From positions 608,001-672,000 of the forward strand of contig CAXXTF010000002.1 of assembly GCA_963665775.2 (NCBI GenBank): DNA of 64,000 nt, read 5' to 3'. The stretch comes from Dehalococcoidia bacterium. GTDB taxonomy: Bacteria > Chloroflexota > Dehalococcoidia > SM23-28-2 > RBG-16-64-32. A program made the translations under genes and the position numbers. Below the pieces are notes generated by a model, which had not been told where the DNA came from, searched no databases, and was given only the letters and a program-made list of their open reading frames with translations. This document shows, in pieces, positions 34,108-44,668 of this stretch. The stretch's first letter is position 1; the number at the start of each line of letters is the position of its first letter.

Positions 34108-34166
34108 GGTAGTTGTAGTGGTAATTATCTACTTGCGTCAAGTAGATAATTACCACTACAACTACC
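34108..34166. repeat. Perfect 28-bp inverted repeat with 3-nt loop
   Basis: GGTAGTTGTAGTGGTAATTATCTACTTG-CGT-CAAGTAGATAATTACCACTACAACTACC. Confidence 0.95.
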
Positions 34167-34377
34167 AACGCTATCACAAGGCCCTCGGCAACGTGACGCC
34201 CTCGGATGTCCTCAAGGGAAGGCGGCAGGAGATCCTACGACGCAGGAAGGAGGTGCAAGCCCAAACAATCGAACGGCGAAGACAGCACAATAGGGCCATC
34301 AGGGAGCTTACGAGACCTCTATCCGACCCCCGATCTCTCGGGTCTCAAAGTGCCCCAATTTTGCTGGTTGCCAACAA
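34154..34377 (+). pseudogene. C-terminal remnant of IS481/IS3-type transposase
   Basis: YNYQRYHKALGNVTPSDV; terminal ..AACA at 34377. Confidence 0.6.
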
Positions 34378-35364
34378 TGAAGGTCCTTCACGCTAAGATC
34401 GGTGAGCTTGCGTTGGAGAACGATTTTTTAGAGGCCGCGCTCACGAAGGCGGGATTGCCGGGCGCAAGGCGATGATCGACCGCGATCACAAGCTGCCTCT
34501 CGCCCGCCAGGCAAAGGCAGTGGGCATCAGCCGCGGGAGCATCTACTACCGGCCGCGGCCGGTGGGCGAAGCCGGTCTCGGACTGATGCGCCGCATCGAT
34601 GAGCTGCACCTTGAGTATCCGTTTGCAGGCAGTAGGATGATGCGAGGCCTGCTCCGCCAGGAGGGACTCTCCTCCGGGCGTAGACACATCGCCACACTGA
34701 TGCAGCGGATGGGCATCGAGGCGCTGTACCGCAAGCCCAACACCAGCCGGCGACGCCCCGGCCATACTGTGTATCCGTACCTGCTGCGCGGACTTGAGGT
34801 GAGCAGGCCCAACCAGGTGTGGGCAATGGACATCACGTACATTCCGATGGCCAGGGGGTTCGTGTACCTAGCCGCAGTGATGGGCTGGCATAGCCGCAAG
34901 GTGCTGGCCTGGCGGGTATCGGTCACAATAGACACAGGCTTCTGCGTGGAGGCGCTCGAAGAATCCCTGGGACGCCACGGCGCGCCGGAGATATTCAACA
35001 CAGATCAGGGAAGCCAGTTCACAAGTGACGCCTTCACCGGCCTGCTGAAAGCCAATGGGATCCAGATCAGCATGGACGGGAGGGGAGGCTGGAAGGATAA
35101 TGTGTTCGTCGAACGGCTGTGGAAGAGCGTCAAGTACGAGGAGGTGTACCTGAGAGCCTACGAATCGGTCCCGGAAGCCAGAACTGGACTCGGGCGGTAC
35201 TTCGAGTTTTACAATGCCGGACGGCCCCATTCGAGCCTTGGGGGAATGACGCCGGACCAGTTCTTTGACAGAGTGCCTGCCGAGTCCGAGGCGGCCTAAC
35301 GCACGGCAGCGCGATTCCACTTATCAAACCGGGCAGCGCTGTTCAGACAAACGAGACCACCTCT
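34377..35364 (+). mobile_element. IS3-family element, 5'-truncated (orfA tail; orfB 34472-35299)
   Basis: LHAKIGELALENDFL tail; orfB WAMDITY, NTDQGSQF, ERLWKSVKYE, RPHSSL. Confidence 0.85.
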
Positions 35365-35480
35365 CTGGGCAATCGGACGCCCGAGGAGTTCGCACACCAG
35401 GTGGCTAGGAATACGCCGGTCGGGCTCTAAGAAACCTTGGACCTAATCCAGGGGGCAGGTCAGATCGGTGAAGGAGAACG

Positions 35481-37799
35481 ATGGGTACTAGAATAATGAC
35501 CGGTGGGACCGAAAAGGTCTATTCGGCGGCCGAAATGTGGGTCGAAGCTGCACTCCGTACCGACGGCTCACTTTTCACACCAGGCGAGCAAATTTGGACG
35601 AGTCGGTGGTTGGGAGAACTTCACCGGCGATTCCTGGACAATCCAGACGAATCCAAGGCCAGCTTCCTAGACAAGTTGCAACGTCAACTAGAAGGCAGTC
35701 CACCTGAGGTTTACCAACTGATCGGCGAGGTACTCTATATACACTTTCTCATAGTCACGACTTCCAACAGTGCTGATGAACGGCAAAGAATCGATACTGT
35801 GCTCCGGTGGTCACAGACGCCCGTGGAAATTCCGCCGAAACTTGTCGCCGCTATAACTCCAGGAATAGCCACCCCAGGCACGGGATTTCATATGTACCGC
35901 CCCTTCCAAGTTGGATTGCTCATAGAATTCGTCGAGCAGTGGAAGGAACAAGATCCTGGAGAACGTGAACGGTTGCTGAATGAACCCTGGGCGTTCAAAG
36001 AGTTTTTGATGGGGGTACGGCTTCATAGTCGCCTGCTGCGCGATAACCAGAATACACCACGAATTCAACGGCAGGCCCTGCTCCATCTCACCTACCCCGA
36101 TGCCTTCGAAGCAATCGTCAATTTAGATCACAAAGAAAAGATAGCGAAGACCTTCGAGGCCAGTATTACAGAAGCGACGGAGGATGTTGACCAAAAACTT
36201 GAGCAGATTCGAACTGCTCTTGAGGCGCAGTATGTAAGTGGCGACCATTTCTTCTATCAGCCTGAAATCCGGGCACAGTGGGATGATCAGTACAATCCCG
36301 ATCTTTGGGGAGACTTTGTTATACGTGCACGGGCGTATGCCAACAGCGGAAGACTGGCGAGTGAGGAAATCGACTACAAGCTAGAGATCGGGGGCAAACT
36401 GGCGGAGGCACGACAATCCGTGCTTGCAGACGTGGAGGGATGGGGAAGTAAGGTCAAGGCCGGAATTGCGGGCAACCTTATTCACCCGATAGAGCAGTCG
36501 AAATTCCGAACCTGGGTCGATAAGTCCCCGGACGACGTGCTGCTGGCGTTGCAGGCGATGTGGGTTGGGGATGATGCGTCCATGGACGAGCGGGTTCGCG
36601 ACTTTAGCGAACTGCTGCCCCGCTCAGTAAGCAGCGGTGCGGGTACGCGTACCACCTTGATGTCCGTTCTACTGATGGGGATGGCAGCTGAACAATACCC
36701 GCCCTTTAGAATTACGCTGTTCGACGAAGCCTACAGGCGTACCGGGTATCCTCTCCCAGAGAGCGGTGCCAATGAGGTGAGTTTGTATGACCACGCCCTG
36801 AACTTTCTTGATCGATTTGTTGAAGAGGCGTTGGCGAGAGAGTTGACAATACACAACCGTCTTGAAGCCCAATCGCTAGTATGGGCAATCCTGCAAGCGC
36901 GTGACGAAAGCTCGCAAGACCCATGGTCAAACCATAAGGTAGCCGAGCTAGCCGAGGACCTTCTGTGGGCATCTGACTACTTACAGAAGATTATCGAGGG
37001 GCTAAAGGACAAGGGACAGGTCATCTTTCAGGGTCCACCCGGCACCGGCAAGACCTACGTCGCCAAGCGTATCGCCGAATGGTGCAAGAAATACGGGGGC
37101 GATTTCCAGATCGTCCAATTCCATCCGTCTTATTCCTATGAGAACTTCGTCGAAGGGTTTCGGCCCATTCTCACCGAAGGGAGCCACGCCGGATTCACGC
37201 TTACCAATGGCCCACTGCGGCGTATCGCCAAGCAAGCCGCAGATAACCCCGACGCTACATTCATCCTGGTCATCGACGAGATCAATCGCGGCAATGTTGC
37301 CAAGGTTTTGGGAGAACTCTATTTCCTCTTGGAGTATCGTGATGAAGAAATAACCCTACAGTACAGCGGCGAGGGATTCAGCCTGCCGAAGAACCTCTGG
37401 TTCATTGCCACGATGAACACGACGGATCGCTCCATCGCCCTGGTGGATGCAGCCCTACGCCGTCGGTTCTATTTCTTTGGTTTCTTTCCCGACGAAGCTC
37501 CGATCCAAGGTCTGCTCGACCGCTGGCTGGACAAATACGACCCAAGCGCCAAGTGGGTCACCGGGCTTGTCGATTCAGCCAACAAGGAGCTGGGAGACCG
37601 CCACCTGGGCATCGGTCCTAGCCACTTTATGAAGAGAGATACACCATTGGACGAACGCCGGGTACGCTTTATCTGGGAGCAGGCGGTCATCCCGTACATT
37701 GAGGAGCAATGCTTCGGCGACGAGGAGAAACTGAAGCAATTTGGCTTTGAGCGGTTAATGGGGAACCCTGAAGAGGTCCAGGCCGAGCCAAGTGTCTAA
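35481..37799 (+). CDS. mcrB: McrB-family AAA+ GTPase with long N-terminal region
   Basis: GPPGTGKT, QFHPSYSYENF, IDEINR, MNTTD, ALRRRF. Confidence 0.9.
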   Translation: MGTRIMTGGTEKVYSAAEMWVEAALRTDGSLFTPGEQIWTSRWLGELHRRFLDNPDESKASFLDKLQRQLEGSPPEVYQLIGEVLYIHFLIVTTSNSADERQRIDTVLRWSQTPVEIPPKLVAAITPGIATPGTGFHMYRPFQVGLLIEFVEQWKEQDPGERERLLNEPWAFKEFLMGVRLHSRLLRDNQNTPRIQRQALLHLTYPDAFEAIVNLDHKEKIAKTFEASITEATEDVDQKLEQIRTALEAQYVSGDHFFYQPEIRAQWDDQYNPDLWGDFVIRARAYANSGRLASEEIDYKLEIGGKLAEARQSVLADVEGWGSKVKAGIAGNLIHPIEQSKFRTWVDKSPDDVLLALQAMWVGDDASMDERVRDFSELLPRSVSSGAGTRTTLMSVLLMGMAAEQYPPFRITLFDEAYRRTGYPLPESGANEVSLYDHALNFLDRFVEEALARELTIHNRLEAQSLVWAILQARDESSQDPWSNHKVAELAEDLLWASDYLQKIIEGLKDKGQVIFQGPPGTGKTYVAKRIAEWCKKYGGDFQIVQFHPSYSYENFVEGFRPILTEGSHAGFTLTNGPLRRIAKQAADNPDATFILVIDEINRGNVAKVLGELYFLLEYRDEEITLQYSGEGFSLPKNLWFIATMNTTDRSIALVDAALRRRFYFFGFFPDEAPIQGLLDRWLDKYDPSAKWVTGLVDSANKELGDRHLGIGPSHFMKRDTPLDERRVRFIWEQAVIPYIEEQCFGDEEKLKQFGFERLMGNPEEVQAEPSV

Positions 37800-37859
37800 A
37801 AGAACGAAGACGCGACCTTGATTGTGGAAGGAACGGTCTGCACGAGGTGAGATTGGCTG

Positions 37860-39077
37860 ATGCGTCGGATTGAGCTCGAAGAGCATAATTGCCATCCCGA
37901 AGCGGTGCGTCTGGATGAGGACCAACTCCGGGAGTTGACCAGCAACGCCCACAGAGGATACATCGACGTGATTCCTTCGTCAGACGTGGACAGGAGGTAT
38001 TTCCTAAAGGCGTCGTCTTACGTTGGGGCAGTGAATATCGGTGACCTCGCCATCATCGTGCGGCCCAAGGTGCCCATTGACCGTGTTATGTTCATGATTG
38101 CGTATGCGATGGATCCTAAGAACTGGCGAAGGGACTCGTTCGAGCTGGACCAAGACGAGGATTTCATTGAGGCGGTCGCCCTTGCTTTCGCCCACCGAAC
38201 CCGCCAAGCTATCCATCGCGGCCTTCTTCGGGGATATCGCGCAGAGGAGGACGCCCTCCATGAAGTCCGCGGTCGCATCCGCTTCGGGGACCAAATTAGC
38301 AAGCGTTTCGGCATGCCGTTGCCCGTCGAGGTCGCCTTCGACGAGTACACCGAGGACATTGAAGAGAACCGGTTGCTCAAGACCGCTATTGACCGATTGG
38401 GGCACACTTTTATTCGTTCCGAGGGAGCACGACGGAAGGTACGTAGTCTCAGGCCCGCGTTTGCTTCAGTTGCGCTCGGACAATACCGAAGAGGATTGCT
38501 TCCCCAGACCCACTACACCCGGTTGGAAGAGCACTACCGTCCGGCAGTGGAACTGGCCCGCCTCATAATCGACAACTTCAGCTTGGAACTTCTCCATGGC
38601 AAGGTCGCGGGCGCGGCCTTTTTCATTGATATGAACAAGGTGTTCGAGGAATTCCTCTACGTAGCCTTGAGAGAGTCCCTCGGGCTACCGGAATCTCAAT
38701 GGCGACACGAGGTGGCTCTCACTCTTGATGAGGCCAGCCGCATCCGCATAAAGCCGGATTTGTCGTGGTGGCCTTCGGGTACGGCACGAAACGGTTCCTG
38801 GCCGGTTTTCGTCGGCGACGCCAAGTACAAGAATCCAGAATCAGGGTTCGAGCACGCCGACATCTATCAGATGCTGGCCTACTGCACCGCCACTGGCTTG
38901 CCCTCAGGCTTGCTAGTTTACGTTGCCGGTGATTACGAGCCTTCAGTGTACAAGGTTAAGAACTCAGACAAGACAATAGAAGTAGCCTCGCTCGACCTGA
39001 GGGGAACCCCGGACGCCATACTCCACGAAGTTGGCGCCCTCGCTGACAAGGTCAAGGCCTTGGCCTTGCAGGTCTAG
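37860..39077 (+). CDS. mcrC: McrC-family PD-(D/E)xK nuclease
   Basis: DMNKVFEEF, IKPDL, DAKYK, DIYQMLAY. Confidence 0.9.
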   Translation: MRRIELEEHNCHPEAVRLDEDQLRELTSNAHRGYIDVIPSSDVDRRYFLKASSYVGAVNIGDLAIIVRPKVPIDRVMFMIAYAMDPKNWRRDSFELDQDEDFIEAVALAFAHRTRQAIHRGLLRGYRAEEDALHEVRGRIRFGDQISKRFGMPLPVEVAFDEYTEDIEENRLLKTAIDRLGHTFIRSEGARRKVRSLRPAFASVALGQYRRGLLPQTHYTRLEEHYRPAVELARLIIDNFSLELLHGKVAGAAFFIDMNKVFEEFLYVALRESLGLPESQWRHEVALTLDEASRIRIKPDLSWWPSGTARNGSWPVFVGDAKYKNPESGFEHADIYQMLAYCTATGLPSGLLVYVAGDYEPSVYKVKNSDKTIEVASLDLRGTPDAILHEVGALADKVKALALQV

Positions 39078-39123
39078 TTCGTCTGAGAGTGTGTTAGGCC
39101 TCCTACACTCCCCAAGATCTCGA

Positions 39124-39351
39124 CTATCTAGAATCCCCCTTGTCCGGCTTCGCCAGTCGATCAACCATGTTTCGCCGAGCGACTGCCATTACGTTCGCAC
39201 TTTCCTGTTGAAGTGCGCCAGCCTCATCTTGTAACTGTTTGGCCCTCGTCCGAGCCTCCTTTCGTAGCTCCTCCATCTGGGAAGCTTCCTGCTCCACAGC
39301 CCTGACCATCCTGGCCTTCACGTCGTTGTAGTTGAATTCCGCGAGGGCCAT
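39124..39351 (-). CDS. Short coiled-coil hypothetical protein or fragment
   Basis: 75 aa ORF with GAGG upstream. Confidence 0.4.
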   Translation of the reverse strand: MALAEFNYNDVKARMVRAVEQEASQMEELRKEARTRAKQLQDEAGALQQESANVMAVARRNMVDRLAKPDKGDSR

Positions 39352-39371
39352 ACTAGCCTCAGTTGCCGTGG

Positions 39372-39798
39372 TTATGTGCTAGTAAGCGAAATGAGATGTG
39401 GCTCCCAACTGGGTACCTCATTCATTTTCAGGATATTCTTCTCAAAATAGTCCCGTAGGTCTTGCGCATACTGATCTACGGCCTCTAAATCAACGATCCT
39501 TGATAGCTCCTGTCCCGTCCGGGTTAACGCAACGCCTGACAACCTAAATTCCTTGCCCAAGTCACGCTGGGTGGTAGTAATCAGAACCCAGTACCTGCCC
39601 TGGAAGTGGAAGGGAATTCGCACAAGTACAGGCCTTACACCTCCTGAGGCAATACCAATTGAGGCTTGAATGCCATACCAAGAGTTGTAGTCGGAGATTG
39701 TGAGCCCGTGTTCGTTGAGCACGTTTAGGTTCCCAAAATTAAGACCGTACCGTTCGAGTGCGTTCCGTCGCTGCATCGCCACCCAGCGACGGAACTCT
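39372..39798 (-). pseudogene. Truncated DUF2806-like gene (C-terminal part)
   Basis: NALERYGLNFGNLNVLNEHGL...LTRTGQEL; upstream VPSLGG is in a different frame; cut where the IS1595 begins. Confidence 0.5.
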
Positions 39799-39835
39799 GG
39801 CGTCTATGAAGTTCGGAATTGCCTAGTTTAAGGTC

Positions 39836-39864
39836 TTGACCTTCCGCCCTCCCTGTGCGATAAT
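39836..39864 (+). promoter_or_regulatory. Sigma70-type promoter for the IS1595 unit
   Basis: TTGACC-17 nt-GATAAT. Confidence 0.55.
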
Positions 39865-39906
39865 CATAGTGTGGACAGTGATTACGTACTAAGAAGGACG
39901 GAAGGT

Positions 39907-40794
39907 ATGAACATTATAACAGTTTTCGAGCGGTTTCCAACCCAAGTAGATTGCATCAAACACCTGGAAAAGGCTCGTTGGGGCGATCAAGCAACCTGCC
40001 CCTACTGCACCTCCACCAATACCAAGCCACTCCAGCATCGTCACCGCTGCTACACTTGTAAGACCTCTTTCAGCGTTACAGTCGGCACCATCTTCCACCA
40101 TACCCATATGCCCCTTCAGAAGTGGTTCCTTGCAGTTACGCTCATTCTGAATGCTAAGAAGGGGTTATCAGCCCTGCAACTTTCCCGTGATCTCCAAGTG
40201 AACAAGAACACTGCTTGGAGAATTGCTATGCAAATCCGTAAGGCGATGACCCAATCGGAACAACGTGGACTGCTCACTGGCATCGTGGAGATGGACGAAA
40301 CGTACATCGGCGGCAAGCCTCGCAAGGGTACTAAAGGCGACGGGCCGGATGGCCAGCATCTCCGGGGACGTGGGACAAAGAAGACCCCCGTGGTTGGGGC
40401 CGTGGAACGCGGCGGCAAGGTCACGGCAAAGGCGACCGACAAGACCAAACTCCGGGGATACCACCTTCGAGCCTTTGTCCGTGAGCGTGTCAACACGTCC
40501 AGTGCGGCCCTTGTCACGGATGAGTACAAAGGCTACCTGAGTATGGGTAAGGTGCTCCCACACGCCGTTATCAAGCATCAAGACTGGTATGTGGACGGCA
40601 ACATTCACACGAACACCATCGAGGGATTTTGGGCCTTGCTCAAGCGGGGCATGTTCGGCCAGTACCATAGCGTGAGTCGAAGGCGTCTACAACGCTACGT
40701 GGACGAATTCTGCTATCGCTACAACCTTCGCCACACAGAATCCCTGGTAGCATTTGATCAGACCATCAATCGAGGGCTAGGAGTAGCAGCATGA
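39907..40794 (+). CDS. IS1595-family transposase
   Basis: Zn ribbon CPYC/CYTC, VEMDETYIGG, TDE, HTNTIEGFW, YVDEFCYRYN. Confidence 0.93.
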   Translation: MNIITVFERFPTQVDCIKHLEKARWGDQATCPYCTSTNTKPLQHRHRCYTCKTSFSVTVGTIFHHTHMPLQKWFLAVTLILNAKKGLSALQLSRDLQVNKNTAWRIAMQIRKAMTQSEQRGLLTGIVEMDETYIGGKPRKGTKGDGPDGQHLRGRGTKKTPVVGAVERGGKVTAKATDKTKLRGYHLRAFVRERVNTSSAALVTDEYKGYLSMGKVLPHAVIKHQDWYVDGNIHTNTIEGFWALLKRGMFGQYHSVSRRRLQRYVDEFCYRYNLRHTESLVAFDQTINRGLGVAA

Positions 40795-41669
40795 GTACAG
40801 AGCCTTTGAAGGTTATCGCCGGAGCACCGGATCGACCACTGGTAATCGGGGAGATAGAGATACCCTGCTATGTCCTGGAGAATGAGACACGGGTTTTGAG
40901 TCAGCGCGGCGTTACGGCAGGCATAGGTCTTAACCCAGACTCCGGCTTTAGAATGCCTCAATTCATGGCCTCTAGGAGCATTGCCGAGTACGTTTCGGAG
41001 GATTCTATGCCGGCCTTGAAACGTCCGGTCCGCTTCAAAAATCCAGTTGGGGGAGGCATTGCTTTAGGCTACCCAGCAACGCTCTTGAATGACATTTGTG
41101 GAGCGGTTCTGGCATCTCGGCGGGCTGGCACTTTGTCACCCGTGCACACTCACATAGCGGAGCGATGTGAGCTTTTATTACATGGTCTCGCCACGGTCGG
41201 CATCATCGCCTTGGTGGATGAAGCTACCGGCTATCAGGACATCCGGGCACAACGCGCCCTCGCAAAAATCCTAGAGGCGTTTATAGCCAAGGAACTCCAG
41301 CCGTGGACCAAGACCTTCCCCTATGACTTCTACCTAGAAATAATCAGGCTAAAAGGATGGCCTAACTTCTACGCCATCAAGCGCCCCTCAGTGATTGGCC
41401 ACTATACGAACGATATTGTCTATGGTCGTATCGCACCGGGCCTCTTGGAAGAATTGCATAGTAAGAATCCAACACTGTCGACTGGTGGGCGAAAACATCG
41501 CCATCATCATTGGTTTACGCCAGAGCTTGGCCATCCCCGATTGAAAGAACACCTAGCAGCCGTTAGTGCCCTGATGCGGGCAGCCCCGAACTGGAACGCT
41601 TTCCAGCGCAGCCTTGCGCGAGCCTTCCCCAAGATGAATAGCAACCTGCCTTTGCCATTGGAGGATTAG
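40791..41669 (+). CDS. P63C domain protein
   Basis: [40 protein letters not shown]. Confidence 0.85.
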   Translation: MSTEPLKVIAGAPDRPLVIGEIEIPCYVLENETRVLSQRGVTAGIGLNPDSGFRMPQFMASRSIAEYVSEDSMPALKRPVRFKNPVGGGIALGYPATLLNDICGAVLASRRAGTLSPVHTHIAERCELLLHGLATVGIIALVDEATGYQDIRAQRALAKILEAFIAKELQPWTKTFPYDFYLEIIRLKGWPNFYAIKRPSVIGHYTNDIVYGRIAPGLLEELHSKNPTLSTGGRKHRHHHWFTPELGHPRLKEHLAAVSALMRAAPNWNAFQRSLARAFPKMNSNLPLPLED

Positions 41670-41671
41670 CC

Positions 41672-43150
41672 ATTCCTGCCAACTTCGCAAATCAGACCAT
41701 CTGGACTGGCGACAATCTTGACATACTCCGTGGCATGAACTCGGAGTGCGTTGACCTTATCTACCTTGACCCGCCGTTCAACTCCAACAAGAACTACGCC
41801 GCCCCAGTGGGCAGTAAAGCGGCTGGGGCGGCCTTTAAGGATACCTGGCACCTCTCGGACCTCGACGTTGCATGGATGGGTTTGATAGCAGACGAAAAGC
41901 CCGCCATGTACAAGGTCTTGGAGGCCGCTGGGCTGTCTCACGGCAAGGGAATGCAGTCCTACCTGTGCATGATGGGCGTCCGATTGTTGGAGATGCGCCG
42001 CGTTCTGAAAGACACGGGCAGTATCTACCTTCACTGCGATCCCACAGCCAGCCACTACCTGAAGCTGTTGATGGATGCCGTATTCGGGGCGCAGAACTTC
42101 CGCTCAGACATTACGTGGAAGCGCACAAGTGCCCACAGTGACACGAAGCAGGGGCGCCGCCAGCACGGCAGAATCCACGACGTTCTTCTCTACTACACGA
42201 TTGGACGCGAGTGGATATGGAACCCAATTTACACGGATTACGACGCTGACTACGTCAGTAATTTCTACCGCCACGAGGAGGAGGGGACGGGGAGGCTCTA
42301 CCGGAGAGGCGACCTTACCGCTGCAAGGTCGGGAGGGGATACAGAGTACGAGTGGCGAGTGAAGCGCCCGACAGACGGCGAGTGGGAAGCGGACCTCGAC
42401 AACGAGTGGATGCGCCCGCGCAGCGGGTGGGAGTACAACGGTGTCCCTCCCTACAAGGGTCGGTATTGGGCCTACTCGCAGGAAGGGATGCGGAAGGTCG
42501 CCGCCGGTGGGCGGCTGGTCTATGCCAAGTCCGGCATGCCCAACTACAAGCGCTACCTCGACGAAATGCCGGGCGTGCCGCTACAGGATATGTGGGTAGA
42601 CATCACCCCCACGCTCGGCCCGAAAGAACGCGTCGGGTACCCGACGCAAAAGCCGCTGGCATTGCTAGAGCGAATCATCGCGGCCAGCTCGAACCCTGGC
42701 GACGTGGTGCTGGACCCGTTCTGCGGCTGTGCCACGGCCTGCGTCGCCGCAGATAGACTCAATCGCCAGTGGGTGGGCATAGACATATCACTGAAGGCCG
42801 CGGAGCTTGTCAATCTACGTCTACAGCAGGCTATGGGCAGCCTGTTCCACCACGGCTACGTCACAGCTAGGACGGATATACCCAGGCGGACCGACATCGA
42901 CGCGCCCATACCATACCGGCAGAACAAGCACGTCCTCTTCGGGCAGCAGGAAGGGTTGTGCGGAGGGTGCAAGGCGCTCTTCCCCTATCGCAACTTCACC
43001 ATTGATCACGTGGTGCCACGGAGCAAGGGCGGAACGGATCACTTGGTCAACCTTCAATTGCTATGCGGGGCCTGTAACTCGCTCAAGGGAGACCGGCCCC
43101 AGAAGTACCTCATGGCCCGCCTAGCGAAGATGACGAGCCTAAGCCCCTAA
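41672..43150 (+). CDS. Beta-class N4/N6 DNA methyltransferase fused to a C-terminal HNH nuclease
   Basis: [31 protein letters not shown]; [25 protein letters not shown]. First ATG is 41735; inferred start ATT 41672. Confidence 0.88.
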   Translation: MPANFANQTIWTGDNLDILRGMNSECVDLIYLDPPFNSNKNYAAPVGSKAAGAAFKDTWHLSDLDVAWMGLIADEKPAMYKVLEAAGLSHGKGMQSYLCMMGVRLLEMRRVLKDTGSIYLHCDPTASHYLKLLMDAVFGAQNFRSDITWKRTSAHSDTKQGRRQHGRIHDVLLYYTIGREWIWNPIYTDYDADYVSNFYRHEEEGTGRLYRRGDLTAARSGGDTEYEWRVKRPTDGEWEADLDNEWMRPRSGWEYNGVPPYKGRYWAYSQEGMRKVAAGGRLVYAKSGMPNYKRYLDEMPGVPLQDMWVDITPTLGPKERVGYPTQKPLALLERIIAASSNPGDVVLDPFCGCATACVAADRLNRQWVGIDISLKAAELVNLRLQQAMGSLFHHGYVTARTDIPRRTDIDAPIPYRQNKHVLFGQQEGLCGGCKALFPYRNFTIDHVVPRSKGGTDHLVNLQLLCGACNSLKGDRPQKYLMARLAKMTSLSP

Positions 43151-43200
43151 CTGATAGTTCCCTAACGTGCGTCAAGGGGAACATCGCCAAAGCAGAAGCA

Positions 43201-44058
43201 ATGCACGAGGCCATTATGCCCTTCCAGCCGATCACTTATATGAGCTTCAATCTCGGGTCGGACGCGGATGTAGATAGTCAACTGATGGTGGGTATCCGTG
43301 TGATACCGACTGGCCGGGATGGTAGCACGGTCTTGGCTAGAACGCTCAACTATGGCGAACTGGACTCCGGCGAGGGCATAGTACTCCAACCCGGTGAGCG
43401 ATTGTTATTTCCACCGGGAAGCGTGAAGGTGATCATACAGGATATTGACCGGGGCAACACGCCGGACTTGGACGGGTACGCAGTCATAGCAAACACGGTG
43501 TGGACTTGGTTGCAGATTGGGCCGTCGCCAGACCAGAGTTCCTTCAATTATCTCTTTGCTGCGGCGCGCCGACTAGATTCGGCTCACGCACTCTGCGCCA
43601 GTACGATAAGTGAGTTTGACAACCCTCCTGACGAGCTCTTCATCAAGTCTAGAGCGCGGGTTTTTCGGGCTCTGGGCAATGCGGAGTTAATGTGCATCGC
43701 ACTTAATCGAGCGGACAAGATGATAAAGGATATCGCGGCCAAGTGGTCGCTGTCGACAACCGTACCTGACGAGGTGGGCACGATACTGCCGGCATTAACG
43801 GCGATTCGTAATGCTTTTGAGCATATAGACGAACGGGCTATGGACAACGCTCGCCACGAACATCCATTAATTTTTGACCAAATCGAGTTTGTCACTTCAG
43901 GCATACTGCGGTGCGCCGACTTTTCGTTGGATTTGCGGTCGCAGGTGATTCCGGCGTTGATTGCCAGCCGGAAGTTTATCTTTGATGTCGCCGTCGAGAA
44001 GGGCGGGCGTGCAAAGACGGTTAACCAGCCAATTGACTTTGGCACGTACAGCCTCTAG
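43201..44058 (+). CDS. Hypothetical protein with HEPN-like Rx4H motif
   Basis: IRNAFEHIDER in helical C-terminal half. Confidence 0.55.
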   Translation: MHEAIMPFQPITYMSFNLGSDADVDSQLMVGIRVIPTGRDGSTVLARTLNYGELDSGEGIVLQPGERLLFPPGSVKVIIQDIDRGNTPDLDGYAVIANTVWTWLQIGPSPDQSSFNYLFAAARRLDSAHALCASTISEFDNPPDELFIKSRARVFRALGNAELMCIALNRADKMIKDIAAKWSLSTTVPDEVGTILPALTAIRNAFEHIDERAMDNARHEHPLIFDQIEFVTSGILRCADFSLDLRSQVIPALIASRKFIFDVAVEKGGRAKTVNQPIDFGTYSL

Positions 44059-44245
44059 CAGGCTGCGGAAGATAGGGTTCGCCACCTCCTGGGACACTAA
44101 CTCCGTTCTCGCAGCGTCGACGGCAGCGGCAGGCTGAAGACGTAGGAACAGGAGGCAGAGCTGGTCAGCGTGGGAGGCTAGGTCGCAAGACGGAGGGATC
44201 CGATGACGGGGGTCTCCCTGGGAGGTCTGTATCTTCCGCAGCCTG
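44059..44245. mobile_element. MITE-like element (187 bp)
   Basis: Perfect 16-bp terminal IR CAGGCTGCGGAAGATA / TATCTTCCGCAGCCTG; no long ORF. Confidence 0.65.
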
Positions 44246-44531
44246 TTGCCACCTAATCAACCCCAGTTGCATCCAAATCCACTGCCCAAGAGTACCGGGG
44301 TTGTTTCTGTCTATTGAAAGACAGAGAACTCAGACGGCGAGGTAGACATTGTTGAAGGAACACATCCATTCACATTCATGAGAGATTACGAAGTCATAGG
44401 GAACCCGTTCGGCTAGTCTGACATCCAAAACACAATTGAGGGTGATTCAATCTGGTTGGTTAGAGCGGGCTAGAGAAGTGGCTCCGGAAATCTGAACAGG
44501 GGGATAAGTGGGATCGCTGCCTGATTGAGGG

Positions 44532-44668
44532 TGACCTGCCCCCCTAAACGCTACCACAGGCTATGTTAGTGTGGCCATCGCCGTAGTCTCCAGGGATGGC
44601 GCGGTGGAGCCCGGCCATGGCACGATCGCTTGCGGTGCTGGCGGCCGGTAGCCGAGAGCGCTATGCGG
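44532..44668 (-). pseudogene. IS3-family 3' remnant abutting the CRISPR array
   Basis: Minus strand PHSALGYRPPAP...TLT-stop, then terminal TGACCTGCCCCC. Confidence 0.7.
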
